51,211 bases of DNA, taken from assembly GCA_964552715.1 (NCBI GenBank), contig CAZKHZ010000001.1:1-51211 (forward strand), given 5' to 3'. A program made the position numbers and the translations under genes. The stretch comes from an uncultured Chitinophagaceae bacterium (GTDB lineage Bacteria; Bacteroidota; Bacteroidia; Chitinophagales; LD1). Position 1 is the first letter of the stretch, and each line of letters begins with the position of its first letter. Below the pieces are notes generated by a model, which saw nothing but the letters and a program-made list of their open reading frames with translations, ran no database searches and was not told the origin of the DNA. This document shows, piece by piece, positions 19,021-27,530 of this stretch.

Positions 19021-20533
19021 TGGCAGCAAGTATTTTGTTGATGAGGTATTCTTTTCCAAGCAGCATGGTGCAGGTAATCACGGCACTTACCGAAACACCC
19101 AACACGCCATGAAGGTTCACGTTTTGCCCAGTAAGCAATAGATTCGGCACTTTTGTTTTTGATGCAATCATAGTTTTCATCGGGTCGTTGAAATCTTTTA
19201 CAATGCCATACATGTTGCCATCATAGCTGCCAATGTAGTCGCGATAGGAGAGGGGCGTGGAGGTATAATAGGACTGTATGCAATCTTTAAAACCCGGAAA
19301 TTTTGTTTCTATTTCATCAAATAATCTTTCGGCTTTTCGCTTTTTGAATTGCTGATAGTCTTCGCCTCTTTCGCTTTCTTCCAATGTAGTGTTGGTGGTG
19401 TTTTCCCACTGTTGCACTTCATCATATCGCATGTAACTCAATATTGCTAAGCCTTGCGTATGTTCTCTGTGTTTGCCATGCGCACATTCAAATATTGCGA
19501 AGCACTGAGGCCAGTTATCATCGGTGTGCGCTAATATATTCCACACATCATCTTGTGCAGAATAATAGTAATTGCGATTGCGATATTTCCACGAGTTGGG
19601 CTTCAGCACGATGTAGGCAACAAAAATGGAAACGGAATTTTCAAGACCCTTGATGCGGTTGCGATACACATTTCTAATTAAGTCTGTTTGCACCATATCC
19701 AGCGTTACCGAGGGGTGAATGTTGGAGATAAAAGTTTTGCCGTAAATCTTTTCATCGTTTTCGCAAAGCACATGGTCTATTTCATCGTTTTGCACCACAA
19801 ATCGCGTCACCTTTTTTTTGCGAAAAATTGTTCCGTTGTTTTCTTTTATCACTCGTGCTAGCAGCTTGGCAATTTGGTCGCCACCGGCTGTGCATTTCAT
19901 GGCACTTTCGATGTAGCTATTTACCACCAGCGCATGCACATACAAAGGTGTTTTGCCGCTAATGCCAGCATACACCATATTGGTTCCCGCCAACACATTG
20001 CGCAGCTTTTCATTATCGGTGAGCGCATCAAAATATTGCTTTGCACTTTGCATAAACAACGCTGGCTCGGGATATGAACCGATAGCTTTGAGGTTGTACA
20101 TCGGAATGTCGCGGCAGATGTTTTGAATATCGTTGCAATACTTTCTGATGCTAGCTTCTTCGGTTGGAAAATGCTCTAGCATTATCCTTATAAAGTTGTC
20201 GTAGCCCATGCCGTAGGGATATTCTTTGGTATCGTTTTTAAACATCACCACATCAAATCCTTCTTTGTCCATGCGGGCAAGTTCCAGCCTATCCATAATG
20301 CCGCAGTAGTTGAAAATCTGATACAGATTTTGCCCTTTTTCTAAGCCGCCTACGTAGTGCACACCAGTGTCAAACGTCACGCCATCGCGCTTAAAGGTTT
20401 GCAGGCTGCCGCCTATCTGTTCATTTTTTTCTATCACGCACACGCTCATGCCCTCTTTGCTCAAAATGGCTGCGCATATCAAGCCACCCAAGCCCGAGCC
20501 TATTATTACAACATCATATTTATTGTCAGCCAT
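19004..20533 (-). CDS. NAD(P)/FAD-dependent oxidoreductase, phytoene-desaturase (CrtI)-like
   Basis: The N-terminus YDVVIIGSGLGGLICAAILSKEGMSVCVIEKNEQIGG is a GxGxxG dinucleotide fold. The size (509 aa) and C-terminal LLLTGQNVNLHGVLG are typical of the CrtI/amine-oxidase superfamily. Confidence 0.8.
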   Translation of the reverse strand: MADNKYDVVIIGSGLGGLICAAILSKEGMSVCVIEKNEQIGGSLQTFKRDGVTFDTGVHYVGGLEKGQNLYQIFNYCGIMDRLELARMDKEGFDVVMFKNDTKEYPYGMGYDNFIRIMLEHFPTEEASIRKYCNDIQNICRDIPMYNLKAIGSYPEPALFMQSAKQYFDALTDNEKLRNVLAGTNMVYAGISGKTPLYVHALVVNSYIESAMKCTAGGDQIAKLLARVIKENNGTIFRKKKVTRFVVQNDEIDHVLCENDEKIYGKTFISNIHPSVTLDMVQTDLIRNVYRNRIKGLENSVSIFVAYIVLKPNSWKYRNRNYYYSAQDDVWNILAHTDDNWPQCFAIFECAHGKHREHTQGLAILSYMRYDEVQQWENTTNTTLEESERGEDYQQFKKRKAERLFDEIETKFPGFKDCIQSYYTSTPLSYRDYIGSYDGNMYGIVKDFNDPMKTMIASKTKVPNLLLTGQNVNLHGVLGVSVSAVITCTMLLGKEYLINKILAANAQTD

Positions 20534-20849
20534 TGAATTTCAATCAAAGGGTTTTTTTAGGTAAACGCGCAATATGTTTTTGCACGCCACAAAATTGCAC
20601 TTTTTATTAAAGCATCTTGAATGATATGTGAGGTGAGGTAAGAAAATATGGGAAATGGGGAGGAAGGGGGTGTGTTGATTGGCTGATTACGGATGTCGTT
20701 ATGCAGAGGAGCAAAGCATCTCAATTCGCTCCAATAGAGATACTGCCTTCTTGATGTCGACAGGATCTGGGTTTGTCATTTCAACAGGTATGAAGCTTGC
20801 GCGAGTTTAAGTTCTTAGGAATACAATGCAAATGACATTGAGCATCCTC

Positions 20850-20885
20850 CCAAAAACCACCGCAGACTTCTGTAATCTGCGGTGG
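20850..20885 (-). terminator. Rho-independent terminator after the 20905..21660 gene
   Basis: On the minus strand, CCACCGCAGA-(9 nt)-TCTGCGGTGG forms a perfect 10-bp stem followed by TTTTTG. It starts 20 nt after the TAG stop. Confidence 0.8.
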
Positions 20886-20904
20886 TGTAATTGTTTGCAA
20901 TGCG

Positions 20905-21660
20905 CTATGCAAAAATAGCAGACACAGAGTCGCTGAGCAGACTAACGCCTGCCGAGTTGCTGGCATAAAAGTAGAAGTAGTATTTCTCGCCTGGTGTCAG
21001 GTTTACAAATCTTTTCTTCTTGTTTTTATTCCAATCGAACACTGCTACAACAGCTTGCCTAGTTGCAGCCGCAGCAATATTGTTGCCATCATCTAAAAGA
21101 ATAAACTGACCATTATTATTCAGGTAAACATTATCGGGCAGTGGCTCTCTGCGCGTCATGATGCAACCATAAAACAATGCCCCCGTCACCGTTTTACACT
21201 CCACCACCAACTCGCCAGTGCTAGCTCTTTTTACTTTGATGTTTGTTGGTTTTTCGGGCACTTGCGCAGACGAGCGCACTGCTTTTGTAGGTACAAAGCC
21301 AGCCAGTGTAATAATGTTTGCATCGCCCAACGCCACTGTGTCCACATATCCGGCAATGGAGTTCAGGCTGTTAATCAAAGTTGTTCGGGCGGCTAAAAAC
21401 GGACCCTTTTGCGCCAACCCGCCTTGCACATAAGCACCGCGCGTGTTTACGTAGGTAGTTATTTGAGCATAATATATCGGTTCGGGTATTGGCGGCATGG
21501 TAAATATGCCCGCATTATTAAATATGCCATCGCGCACGCCTACGGCAAATACATCTAGCTCGTCTTTTTTTATTCGGCTAAAGTTCAGTAAGCACCTTTG
21601 TTCTGTTAAGCTCATAAAATTTGTGTTTAGTAATGAGTGAAATTTATGTTGAAATGGCAT
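20905..21660 (-). CDS. hypothetical protein with C-terminal fibronectin-type-III-like domain
   Basis: Long ORF. The first ATG is at 21660, and ATG at 21615 (MSLTEQRCLLNFSRIKKDEL...) is an equally plausible start. The C-terminal half (PEKPTNIKVKRASTGELVVECKTV...GEKYYFYFYASNSAGVSLLSDSV) has an Fn3-like beta pattern. No signal peptide and no T9SS CTD are present. Confidence 0.6.
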   Translation of the reverse strand: MPFQHKFHSLLNTNFMSLTEQRCLLNFSRIKKDELDVFAVGVRDGIFNNAGIFTMPPIPEPIYYAQITTYVNTRGAYVQGGLAQKGPFLAARTTLINSLNSIAGYVDTVALGDANIITLAGFVPTKAVRSSAQVPEKPTNIKVKRASTGELVVECKTVTGALFYGCIMTRREPLPDNVYLNNNGQFILLDDGNNIAAAATRQAVVAVFDWNKNKKKRFVNLTPGEKYYFYFYASNSAGVSLLSDSVSAIFA

Positions 21661-21708
21661 GTTGTACACCAGCCATTGAATTTTAATTGCTTCGTTTATT
21701 AACCAAAA

Positions 21709-21980
21709 ATCAATACATGTTTACACAAAAGTGAAACATTAAAACACAGGCGTTAAACATGCTTACACAACCGTCAAACATTAAAGCGCGAAAGTCAAAC
21801 ATGCTTACACAACAGTCAAACATTAAAGCATTAGCGTTAAACATGTTTACACAACAGTCAAACATTAAAGCAATAGCGTTAAACATGTTTACACAACAGC
21901 CAAACATTAAAGCACAGCCGTAAATCATGTAATCATCACCATCAAACATTAAAGCGCAGCCATTAAACATGTAAACAACA
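21709..21980. repeat. tandem array: 13 copies of GTYAAACAT(G/T) in exact 21-bp register (6.5 x 42-bp unit)
   Basis: ACAT cores sit at 21715, 21736, 21757, 21778, 21799, 21820, 21841, 21862, 21883, 21904, 21925 (TCAT), 21946 and 21967. Every interval is exactly 21 bp. Alternate copies carry the palindrome TAAACATGTTTA. Confidence 0.9.
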
Positions 21981-21984
21981 CTTT

Positions 21985-22293
21985 TCATCTTTTTTGATTA
22001 GGGTTTTTGTCAGTTGATTTGTTGTTGTTGTTTCTCTCAACTGCTTCAACAATTTCTTTGTTTGTATCAACCCATTGCGATACTTCTGTAAATAAGGTAA
22101 AGGCAGTTAAGTTGTGTGCCTTCATAATTTTTTCAAGAAACTTAAACGACATACTTTGCTTTCCATTTTCAATTCTGTTTATGTATGGAGGATCCTTGTC
22201 AATGCGGAATGCAAATTTTCTTTGCGTTTCTTTATTTTGCATGCGTTTATGTTTTAAAAACAAACCAATTACTGTAGAACAAGTGCAAATCAT
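21985..22293 (-). CDS. XRE-family helix-turn-helix transcriptional regulator
   Basis: 102 aa. IGLFLKHKRMQNKETQRKFAFRIDKDPPYINRIENGKQSMSFKFLEKIMKAHNL matches the XRE HTH pattern (...RxxxxxSQxxxAxxxxxxxxxISxIExGKxxxxxxxLxKIxxAL). The C-terminal tail is Asn/Lys-rich. Confidence 0.75.
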   Translation of the reverse strand: MICTCSTVIGLFLKHKRMQNKETQRKFAFRIDKDPPYINRIENGKQSMSFKFLEKIMKAHNLTAFTLFTEVSQWVDTNKEIVEAVERNNNNKSTDKNPNQKR

Positions 22294-22695
22294 AACTGTA
22301 ATTTTTTACAAAAAGAATAAGGATTTCTTGAATTAGTATTAACTTATTTAGTCAATACTAAAAAAATGACAAATCCATGACAATTGGATTTACAGTTAAG
22401 CTTGTTATACAAGGAATTTTATTTGTGTGTTGAGCAGCATTTTAGAAGATTGCAATTAGTTTATTCAAAACAACCTACGGTAAGCTCATTACAATTTTGG
22501 TGCAAAGATAGATGACAGCATCTTTTCAGTTTTTGTAATTATGAAGCAAGAATCAAATATCGGGGCGATAATTTTGATGCTTTATTAGTCAGCATTTTAA
22601 GTTCGTTTGTTACACAAGTCATGGTAAACTTGCCAGAGTCTTTCTCTTTTATAAAAGCAGCGAAAAAAAGATGCGTAAGAAACGATTAACGCAAC

Positions 22696-25600
22696 TTATT
22701 TTCTCATCGTCAATAGCGAATACTTCGATTTGCTGCCACAAAGATGTTGCTGCGCAGAATGATTAAATTGTGCAGCGGCAGTTTTTATTGTGGAGAAATG
22801 CTTGTCGGCAGCGTCATTTTTTATAATGAAACACAACACCCCATCTTCGCTTAATTGAGCAAATAACTTGTGTAACAAGGCGTGTTGTTTGTCCTCTGAT
22901 GCAGCAAAGAAAAAGTCGTGTATTATAAAAGTGTTGCTTGCTGCAAAGTCATATTCAAACACATCGGCACACACAAAATTCAGTTCCTCTTTTTTGGAAT
23001 AGCAATTGATTGCCGTGTTAGTTTTTTCTTCATTAATGTCAATAGCCGTAATGGTTTTTGTTCTGTTCAAAAAGTGCAGCATGTATGCGTTGAAGCCATA
23101 GCCACAGCCGAGTTCGGTGATGTTGTTACCCTGTTTGGTGAGGTTGTTTAGTGCGGCATAAAAATCTGTTTGGCGCGCGGCTTTATATGCCGCCCACTCC
23201 ACGCTCCAGCCTTTATAGTTGTAGTTTGCCATCAACCGCTGCTTGAAATATTGCGGTGTTTCGAGTTCGCTTTTCAGCGATTCGTATTCTTGCTTAAAGT
23301 ATTTTGAAATGCCTTTTGTGCGCGCTGCATAACCTTCGCCAAAGCTCGTGTTGCTTGGTGTGATGCGCGGCAAAAATTTCATCGTCATGGTTCCGTTGAA
23401 AAGCATAAAATCGCCCTTGCCCATTGTGTCGCCCGTGCCATGCAACACCAATGGCACAATATCAAGTTGTAGCTTTTCGGCAAGAAAAAACGCGCCTTTG
23501 TGAAAGCGTTTCATCACCCCGTCTGGCGTGCGTGTACCTTCGGGAAACACCGCAATAGAATAACCTTGTTGCAAGATGCTCTCTAACTTTTCGGTGGCTG
23601 GGTCCACGCCTTCCATCACCGGATAATATTCTGCCATTTGCACCACCTTGCCAAACACAGGCGAGTGATACACCCATTTGTTGGTGAGCAAAATCATTTT
23701 TGGATGCTGCATCGCTACCACCAAAATATCGAGGAAAGACATGTGATTGGCGATGATGATGGCGGGCTTAGAAAAGTCCATCGTTTGTTTATTAATATGC
23801 ACTTTGCGCACATTCATCATGATGTAAACCAGCGAGCCTACAAACTTACTGAGCAAGAAATGATAAGCGAGTTTGCGGTATTTCTTTTTTGGAAAAGGAA
23901 ATACATACAACAACAAAAAGCCTGAAAGCGTAAGCACAAATGCGCCAAACACAAAGTAAGAAAACGCAAACACCGAAAGCATCAGCGAGGGAATAGTCCA
24001 AGGTGCAAGCCCCTTTTCTTTTCTGCTTTGTATAAAATAATTGAAGAGCAAAGGCTGGATAGTTTGCCCGATAAACACCACACACAAAATGCCGATGATG
24101 GAAATAGATGCAATAGATTTTAGTGCAGGGTGCTTTGCAAATATCAACACGCCTAAGCCCAGCAGCGTGGCGATGGCGCACAAGAAAATAGAAACTTTAT
24201 GCGAGCCAAAAACGGGCTTGTTCTCTTTGTATTTTTGCGTCAATCCATCGGTGATGAAGATGCTAAAATCGTCTCCCAAGCCAAAGATGAAAGTGGAGAT
24301 AATGATGTTGATGATATTGAAATGCAAACCGGCAATACCCATGATGCCCAATATCCAAATCCATGAAATCAACATGGGTAAAAAGGTGATGATTGCCAAC
24401 TCGATTCTGCCATAGCCGAGTATCAAGGCAATGCCTACAATAAAAACGGTGTAGGCAAGTATGGCGTTGAAGTCTTTGTAGATAACATCAATGAAGGATG
24501 CGGTGATAATTTGCTTATCAAGAATCGCAACACCGGGAATGGTTTTTAGTTGCTCGTAGAACACCTTACGGTTTGCTTTATCAACGGTTACGGAGTTGAT
24601 AATGGCATCAAAGTTTTTCGCTTTAATAAAAAATTCGCTACCCAAAGTTTGAATCAAAAAAGATTCATCTTCTGCATTCATCATTTCAAAATCCGAATTC
24701 ATTAAACCGTTAAAACGGTTGAAAGCATTAGCCGAAAATCCTTGTTGTTTCCCAGCTTCTTTCAAATGTTGTAGCAGTGCGATTTTCTTTTCTTCCGTCC
24801 AAAAGTTTTTCCAGCGCAATAGTTTTTGTTGCTGCTCTTTTTGCGAAACAATTACGGCACTCATGCTCGAAAATTGTTTCACCAAACCCTGCTTTTGTGC
24901 AGTTTCAAAAGCCTTTACTAAGGCTTCGTTTTGTTGCAGCAACGCTTGTTTTGTAGTTCCAGTGGCGGCAATAAAAACTGTTTTGGATGTATCGTTTTGC
25001 AGCCACATAATTTCACGCTCACTCTCTTTCAAGTGTTCGTTCATAAAGTTCATACTGTTCATGTCTGTTTCAAACGAAACCTTGCCTGCATAGTCGAAAA
25101 AGAAAATAGTAAGCGCGAGAATTACCAAAGAAAGCAACACCGTTTTTTTGGTAGAAAGTGGCGGTAGATTGCTAATACTGCGCTCAATAAAATTGGCTTT
25201 GCTGTGTGTAAAATCTGGCACAAAATGTGGCAAAAAGATAAGCGTGAACACAGCCGCACCGCACAAGCTTAAACCCGCAAACAAGCCGAAGTCGTTGAGA
25301 ATAGGCGACTTCAACAACACTAATGCAAGGAAGGATGCAATAGTGGTGAAGCCACCCAAGGTAAGCGGCAAATACAACTCGGCAAGTGTTTGTCGAATGT
25401 CCTTACAATGTTTGTAGTGGCTGAAAAAATGGAGGCTGTAATTCAGCGCAATGCCCAACACAATGCTGCCCGATGCAATTGCAATGCTGGAAATACTTCC
25501 TTTAATTAAATAGATACATGCCACAGAGAATAAGCCACCAAAAAGCACAGGCAGCAGCATCACAAACGGCACACGCTTTTTACGAAAAAACAACCACACC

Positions 25601-26433
25601 AACAGCAACACCGAAATGATGGTGATAGACAATGTAAGTTGTGTATCGTGTTTGATTTGTCGTGCATTGCTCACTGCCACTGCGGTGCCACCGTAGTAAA
25701 ACACTTTTGCTTCGGGGAAGGTAGTTTTTAGCTGCGCAATTTTATTGTCGAGCGCATCTATCAACTTGCCGTTTTCGCCAGTCTCATTGCCTGCGTTGGT
25801 GGGTGTGATAAACAAAAACAAACTCTTGCGCTCATCGCTCATCATGTAGCCATCATACAGTTCAAACTTATCGTTCAGTTGCAGCGATTGTAGTTTCTTC
25901 AACGCCAGCAGCGACATGCCCATTGGGTCATCGGCAATTACTTTTTTTGTTATAAAACCTTCGGCAGTGGTAAGTGCTTTGTAATTATTTGCAAGCGTTT
26001 TAGTGAGCTGTTCCTTAGCAATTAGGGAATCTATTTTTGGGTAATCATTTTCATTCAAAAACAGTGGCAGATTATTGATGACAACATCATACACCTCCAT
26101 TAGCGCGTCTTCATCCACACGCGTCTTTATTTCTTTTACTTGTTGTAGATTAGCAAGCGTAGCTAGGCTGTCAGCCACGGCAATCAACACATTGGGGTTT
26201 TCGGTATTGGTTTTTACTTTCACCACTACCTTATCATAAAGCGATGTGCCCGATAATAATTCGTTGGTTTTGGCAGCAGCTTGGCTGCCAGGCATCATGC
26301 GCGTAATATCTTCTTCTAATTGAATGCGCGATGCAAGAAATGCAAGCGTACCAAACAGCAGCAACACAAGGATGAATAGTTGCGGCTTTCGTTTGTTGAA
26401 ATAAGTGAAGGTGTTTAAAAGGAATGTCAACAT
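22696..26433 (-). CDS. trifunctional MMPL/RND-type transporter - lysophospholipid (PlsC-type) acyltransferase - class I SAM methyltransferase fusion
   Basis: 1245 aa. The N-terminal ~800 aa contain two TM bundles separated by soluble loops (MMPL-like). These are followed by IIANHMSFLDILV (H-x4-D) and VFPEGTRTP (PlsC blocks I and III, near 23.5-23.8 kb). The C-terminus ITELGCGYGFNAYML is a SAM-binding motif I, near 23.1 kb. Confidence 0.85.
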   Translation of the reverse strand: MLTFLLNTFTYFNKRKPQLFILVLLLFGTLAFLASRIQLEEDITRMMPGSQAAAKTNELLSGTSLYDKVVVKVKTNTENPNVLIAVADSLATLANLQQVKEIKTRVDEDALMEVYDVVINNLPLFLNENDYPKIDSLIAKEQLTKTLANNYKALTTAEGFITKKVIADDPMGMSLLALKKLQSLQLNDKFELYDGYMMSDERKSLFLFITPTNAGNETGENGKLIDALDNKIAQLKTTFPEAKVFYYGGTAVAVSNARQIKHDTQLTLSITIISVLLLVWLFFRKKRVPFVMLLPVLFGGLFSVACIYLIKGSISSIAIASGSIVLGIALNYSLHFFSHYKHCKDIRQTLAELYLPLTLGGFTTIASFLALVLLKSPILNDFGLFAGLSLCGAAVFTLIFLPHFVPDFTHSKANFIERSISNLPPLSTKKTVLLSLVILALTIFFFDYAGKVSFETDMNSMNFMNEHLKESEREIMWLQNDTSKTVFIAATGTTKQALLQQNEALVKAFETAQKQGLVKQFSSMSAVIVSQKEQQQKLLRWKNFWTEEKKIALLQHLKEAGKQQGFSANAFNRFNGLMNSDFEMMNAEDESFLIQTLGSEFFIKAKNFDAIINSVTVDKANRKVFYEQLKTIPGVAILDKQIITASFIDVIYKDFNAILAYTVFIVGIALILGYGRIELAIITFLPMLISWIWILGIMGIAGLHFNIINIIISTFIFGLGDDFSIFITDGLTQKYKENKPVFGSHKVSIFLCAIATLLGLGVLIFAKHPALKSIASISIIGILCVVFIGQTIQPLLFNYFIQSRKEKGLAPWTIPSLMLSVFAFSYFVFGAFVLTLSGFLLLYVFPFPKKKYRKLAYHFLLSKFVGSLVYIMMNVRKVHINKQTMDFSKPAIIIANHMSFLDILVVAMQHPKMILLTNKWVYHSPVFGKVVQMAEYYPVMEGVDPATEKLESILQQGYSIAVFPEGTRTPDGVMKRFHKGAFFLAEKLQLDIVPLVLHGTGDTMGKGDFMLFNGTMTMKFLPRITPSNTSFGEGYAARTKGISKYFKQEYESLKSELETPQYFKQRLMANYNYKGWSVEWAAYKAARQTDFYAALNNLTKQGNNITELGCGYGFNAYMLHFLNRTKTITAIDINEEKTNTAINCYSKKEELNFVCADVFEYDFAASNTFIIHDFFFAASEDKQHALLHKLFAQLSEDGVLCFIIKNDAADKHFSTIKTAAAQFNHSAQQHLCGSKSKYSLLTMRK

Positions 26434-26559
26434 CAGCAGGGCGAAGATAATGCTCGGTTGAATTTCAGCCTTCTAAAATTGAATTGCTGCGCGCTACTTG
26501 AAGGCATTGTTATTTTGGAAAGCATTAAATAGAAAGACAGCAGACAATAAATAAGCACT

Positions 26560-27273
26560 TTATGGCTTGCAAATTTCTCTAACAAGCGACCTTTTTGCCA
26601 CTGGCAACATGGTTTCAGGCAGTGGATACGACACTTTAAACTCTACAGCATACGTTGCAGGATTGGGTAAATTCTTTTGCGTTTTAATAAGCTCGTAGCG
26701 AATACTTTCATAGTTTTTAGTTACAGATATATTATAGTCTGCAATGTGTGTGGTTTTGATGCCGCGATACTGCTCTTTGTAATTTTCAAACAGCGTAATT
26801 TCATAGTGATACACACTGATTAGTTTTTGCAGGTAATCATTTAAAAAGAAGTAGCCTTCGTCTGTTCGCAAGGGCTGAATTCCAATAGGGAAAATCTCTA
26901 ACTGATGCTCAACTTCTTCATACAACTCTTTGCCATCATTCAACTTGCTTTTTATTTCTGTAAGCCCGAACGCTACTATTTCATTCAACTCTTGCATTAG
27001 CGCATCATCGGCTAATACACTTTCATACTTTACTTTAAACTGTTCAAAATCTAATCGCGAAATCTCTTTCGGAAAACTTTCTGCCATCAACTTTTTCTGT
27101 GTGGCGAATAATTGTAAATTATCATAGTGATTGATGAGCTCAGAGAGATTTGGATAAAGCTTTTTCTCTCCAAACATGTTGGATGTTTCTTGAAGGAATG
27201 CAAGCAATTGATATTTCTTGTATTCAAAATCTATCCATCCTTCGGTTAGCCAGTGCTTACTTAATGCAGCCAT
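26560..27273 (-). CDS. conserved hypothetical protein (no recognised domain)
   Basis: Clean 237-aa ORF with normal composition (MAALSKHWLTEGWIDFEYKKYQLLAFLQ...). No overlapping alternative ORF and no motif I can name. Confidence 0.55.
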   Translation of the reverse strand: MAALSKHWLTEGWIDFEYKKYQLLAFLQETSNMFGEKKLYPNLSELINHYDNLQLFATQKKLMAESFPKEISRLDFEQFKVKYESVLADDALMQELNEIVAFGLTEIKSKLNDGKELYEEVEHQLEIFPIGIQPLRTDEGYFFLNDYLQKLISVYHYEITLFENYKEQYRGIKTTHIADYNISVTKNYESIRYELIKTQKNLPNPATYAVEFKVSYPLPETMLPVAKRSLVREICKP

Positions 27274-27530
27274 AACAATCTCCTTTTAGTTGTGTAAACG
27301 AATTTATGTGTAAGAAGTTATATCTGGTGTGCGTGGTTAGGAAACTTTTACACGTATAACTAATGCCTTGTAGGATATTCAAAGCAATAGAGTGAATCAC
27401 ATTGCTTAAATTTATATGTGAAATTATTTTTAAAGTAAACGCTGCTTTTCAACAATCAACGAACATTTAAAAACAAAATTTTGTGATAACACATTAAGAA
27501 ATAGCTTTACAGCCGCAAAAAACAAGCAAA

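Noticed and set aside
21709-21980. The repeat array could be a CRISPR array.
   Set aside because: The units are contiguous tandem copies (42/21 bp) with no unique spacers between them. No cas genes are present in the window.
21710-21988. The 92-aa ORF through the repeat array as a confident protein-coding gene (repeat or RiPP-like peptide).
   Set aside because: It is not annotated as a CDS. Its extreme Met/Phe/Cys composition follows directly from translating an AAACAT-rich DNA motif. Variation falls in a spacer-like block, and palindromic half-sites are present. It is kept only as the alternative hypothesis in the finding because of the ATGA overlap with the XRE stop.
22918-25417. Multiple 70-124-aa plus-strand ORFs (22918..23151, 23638..23925, 24041..24415, 24719..25093, 24931..25167, 25148..25417), and the minus-strand alternative-frame ORFs at 23462..23677 and 23846..24181.
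   Set aside because: All are nested in or antisense to the 1245-aa MMPL fusion gene, which has clear catalytic motifs in its own frame.
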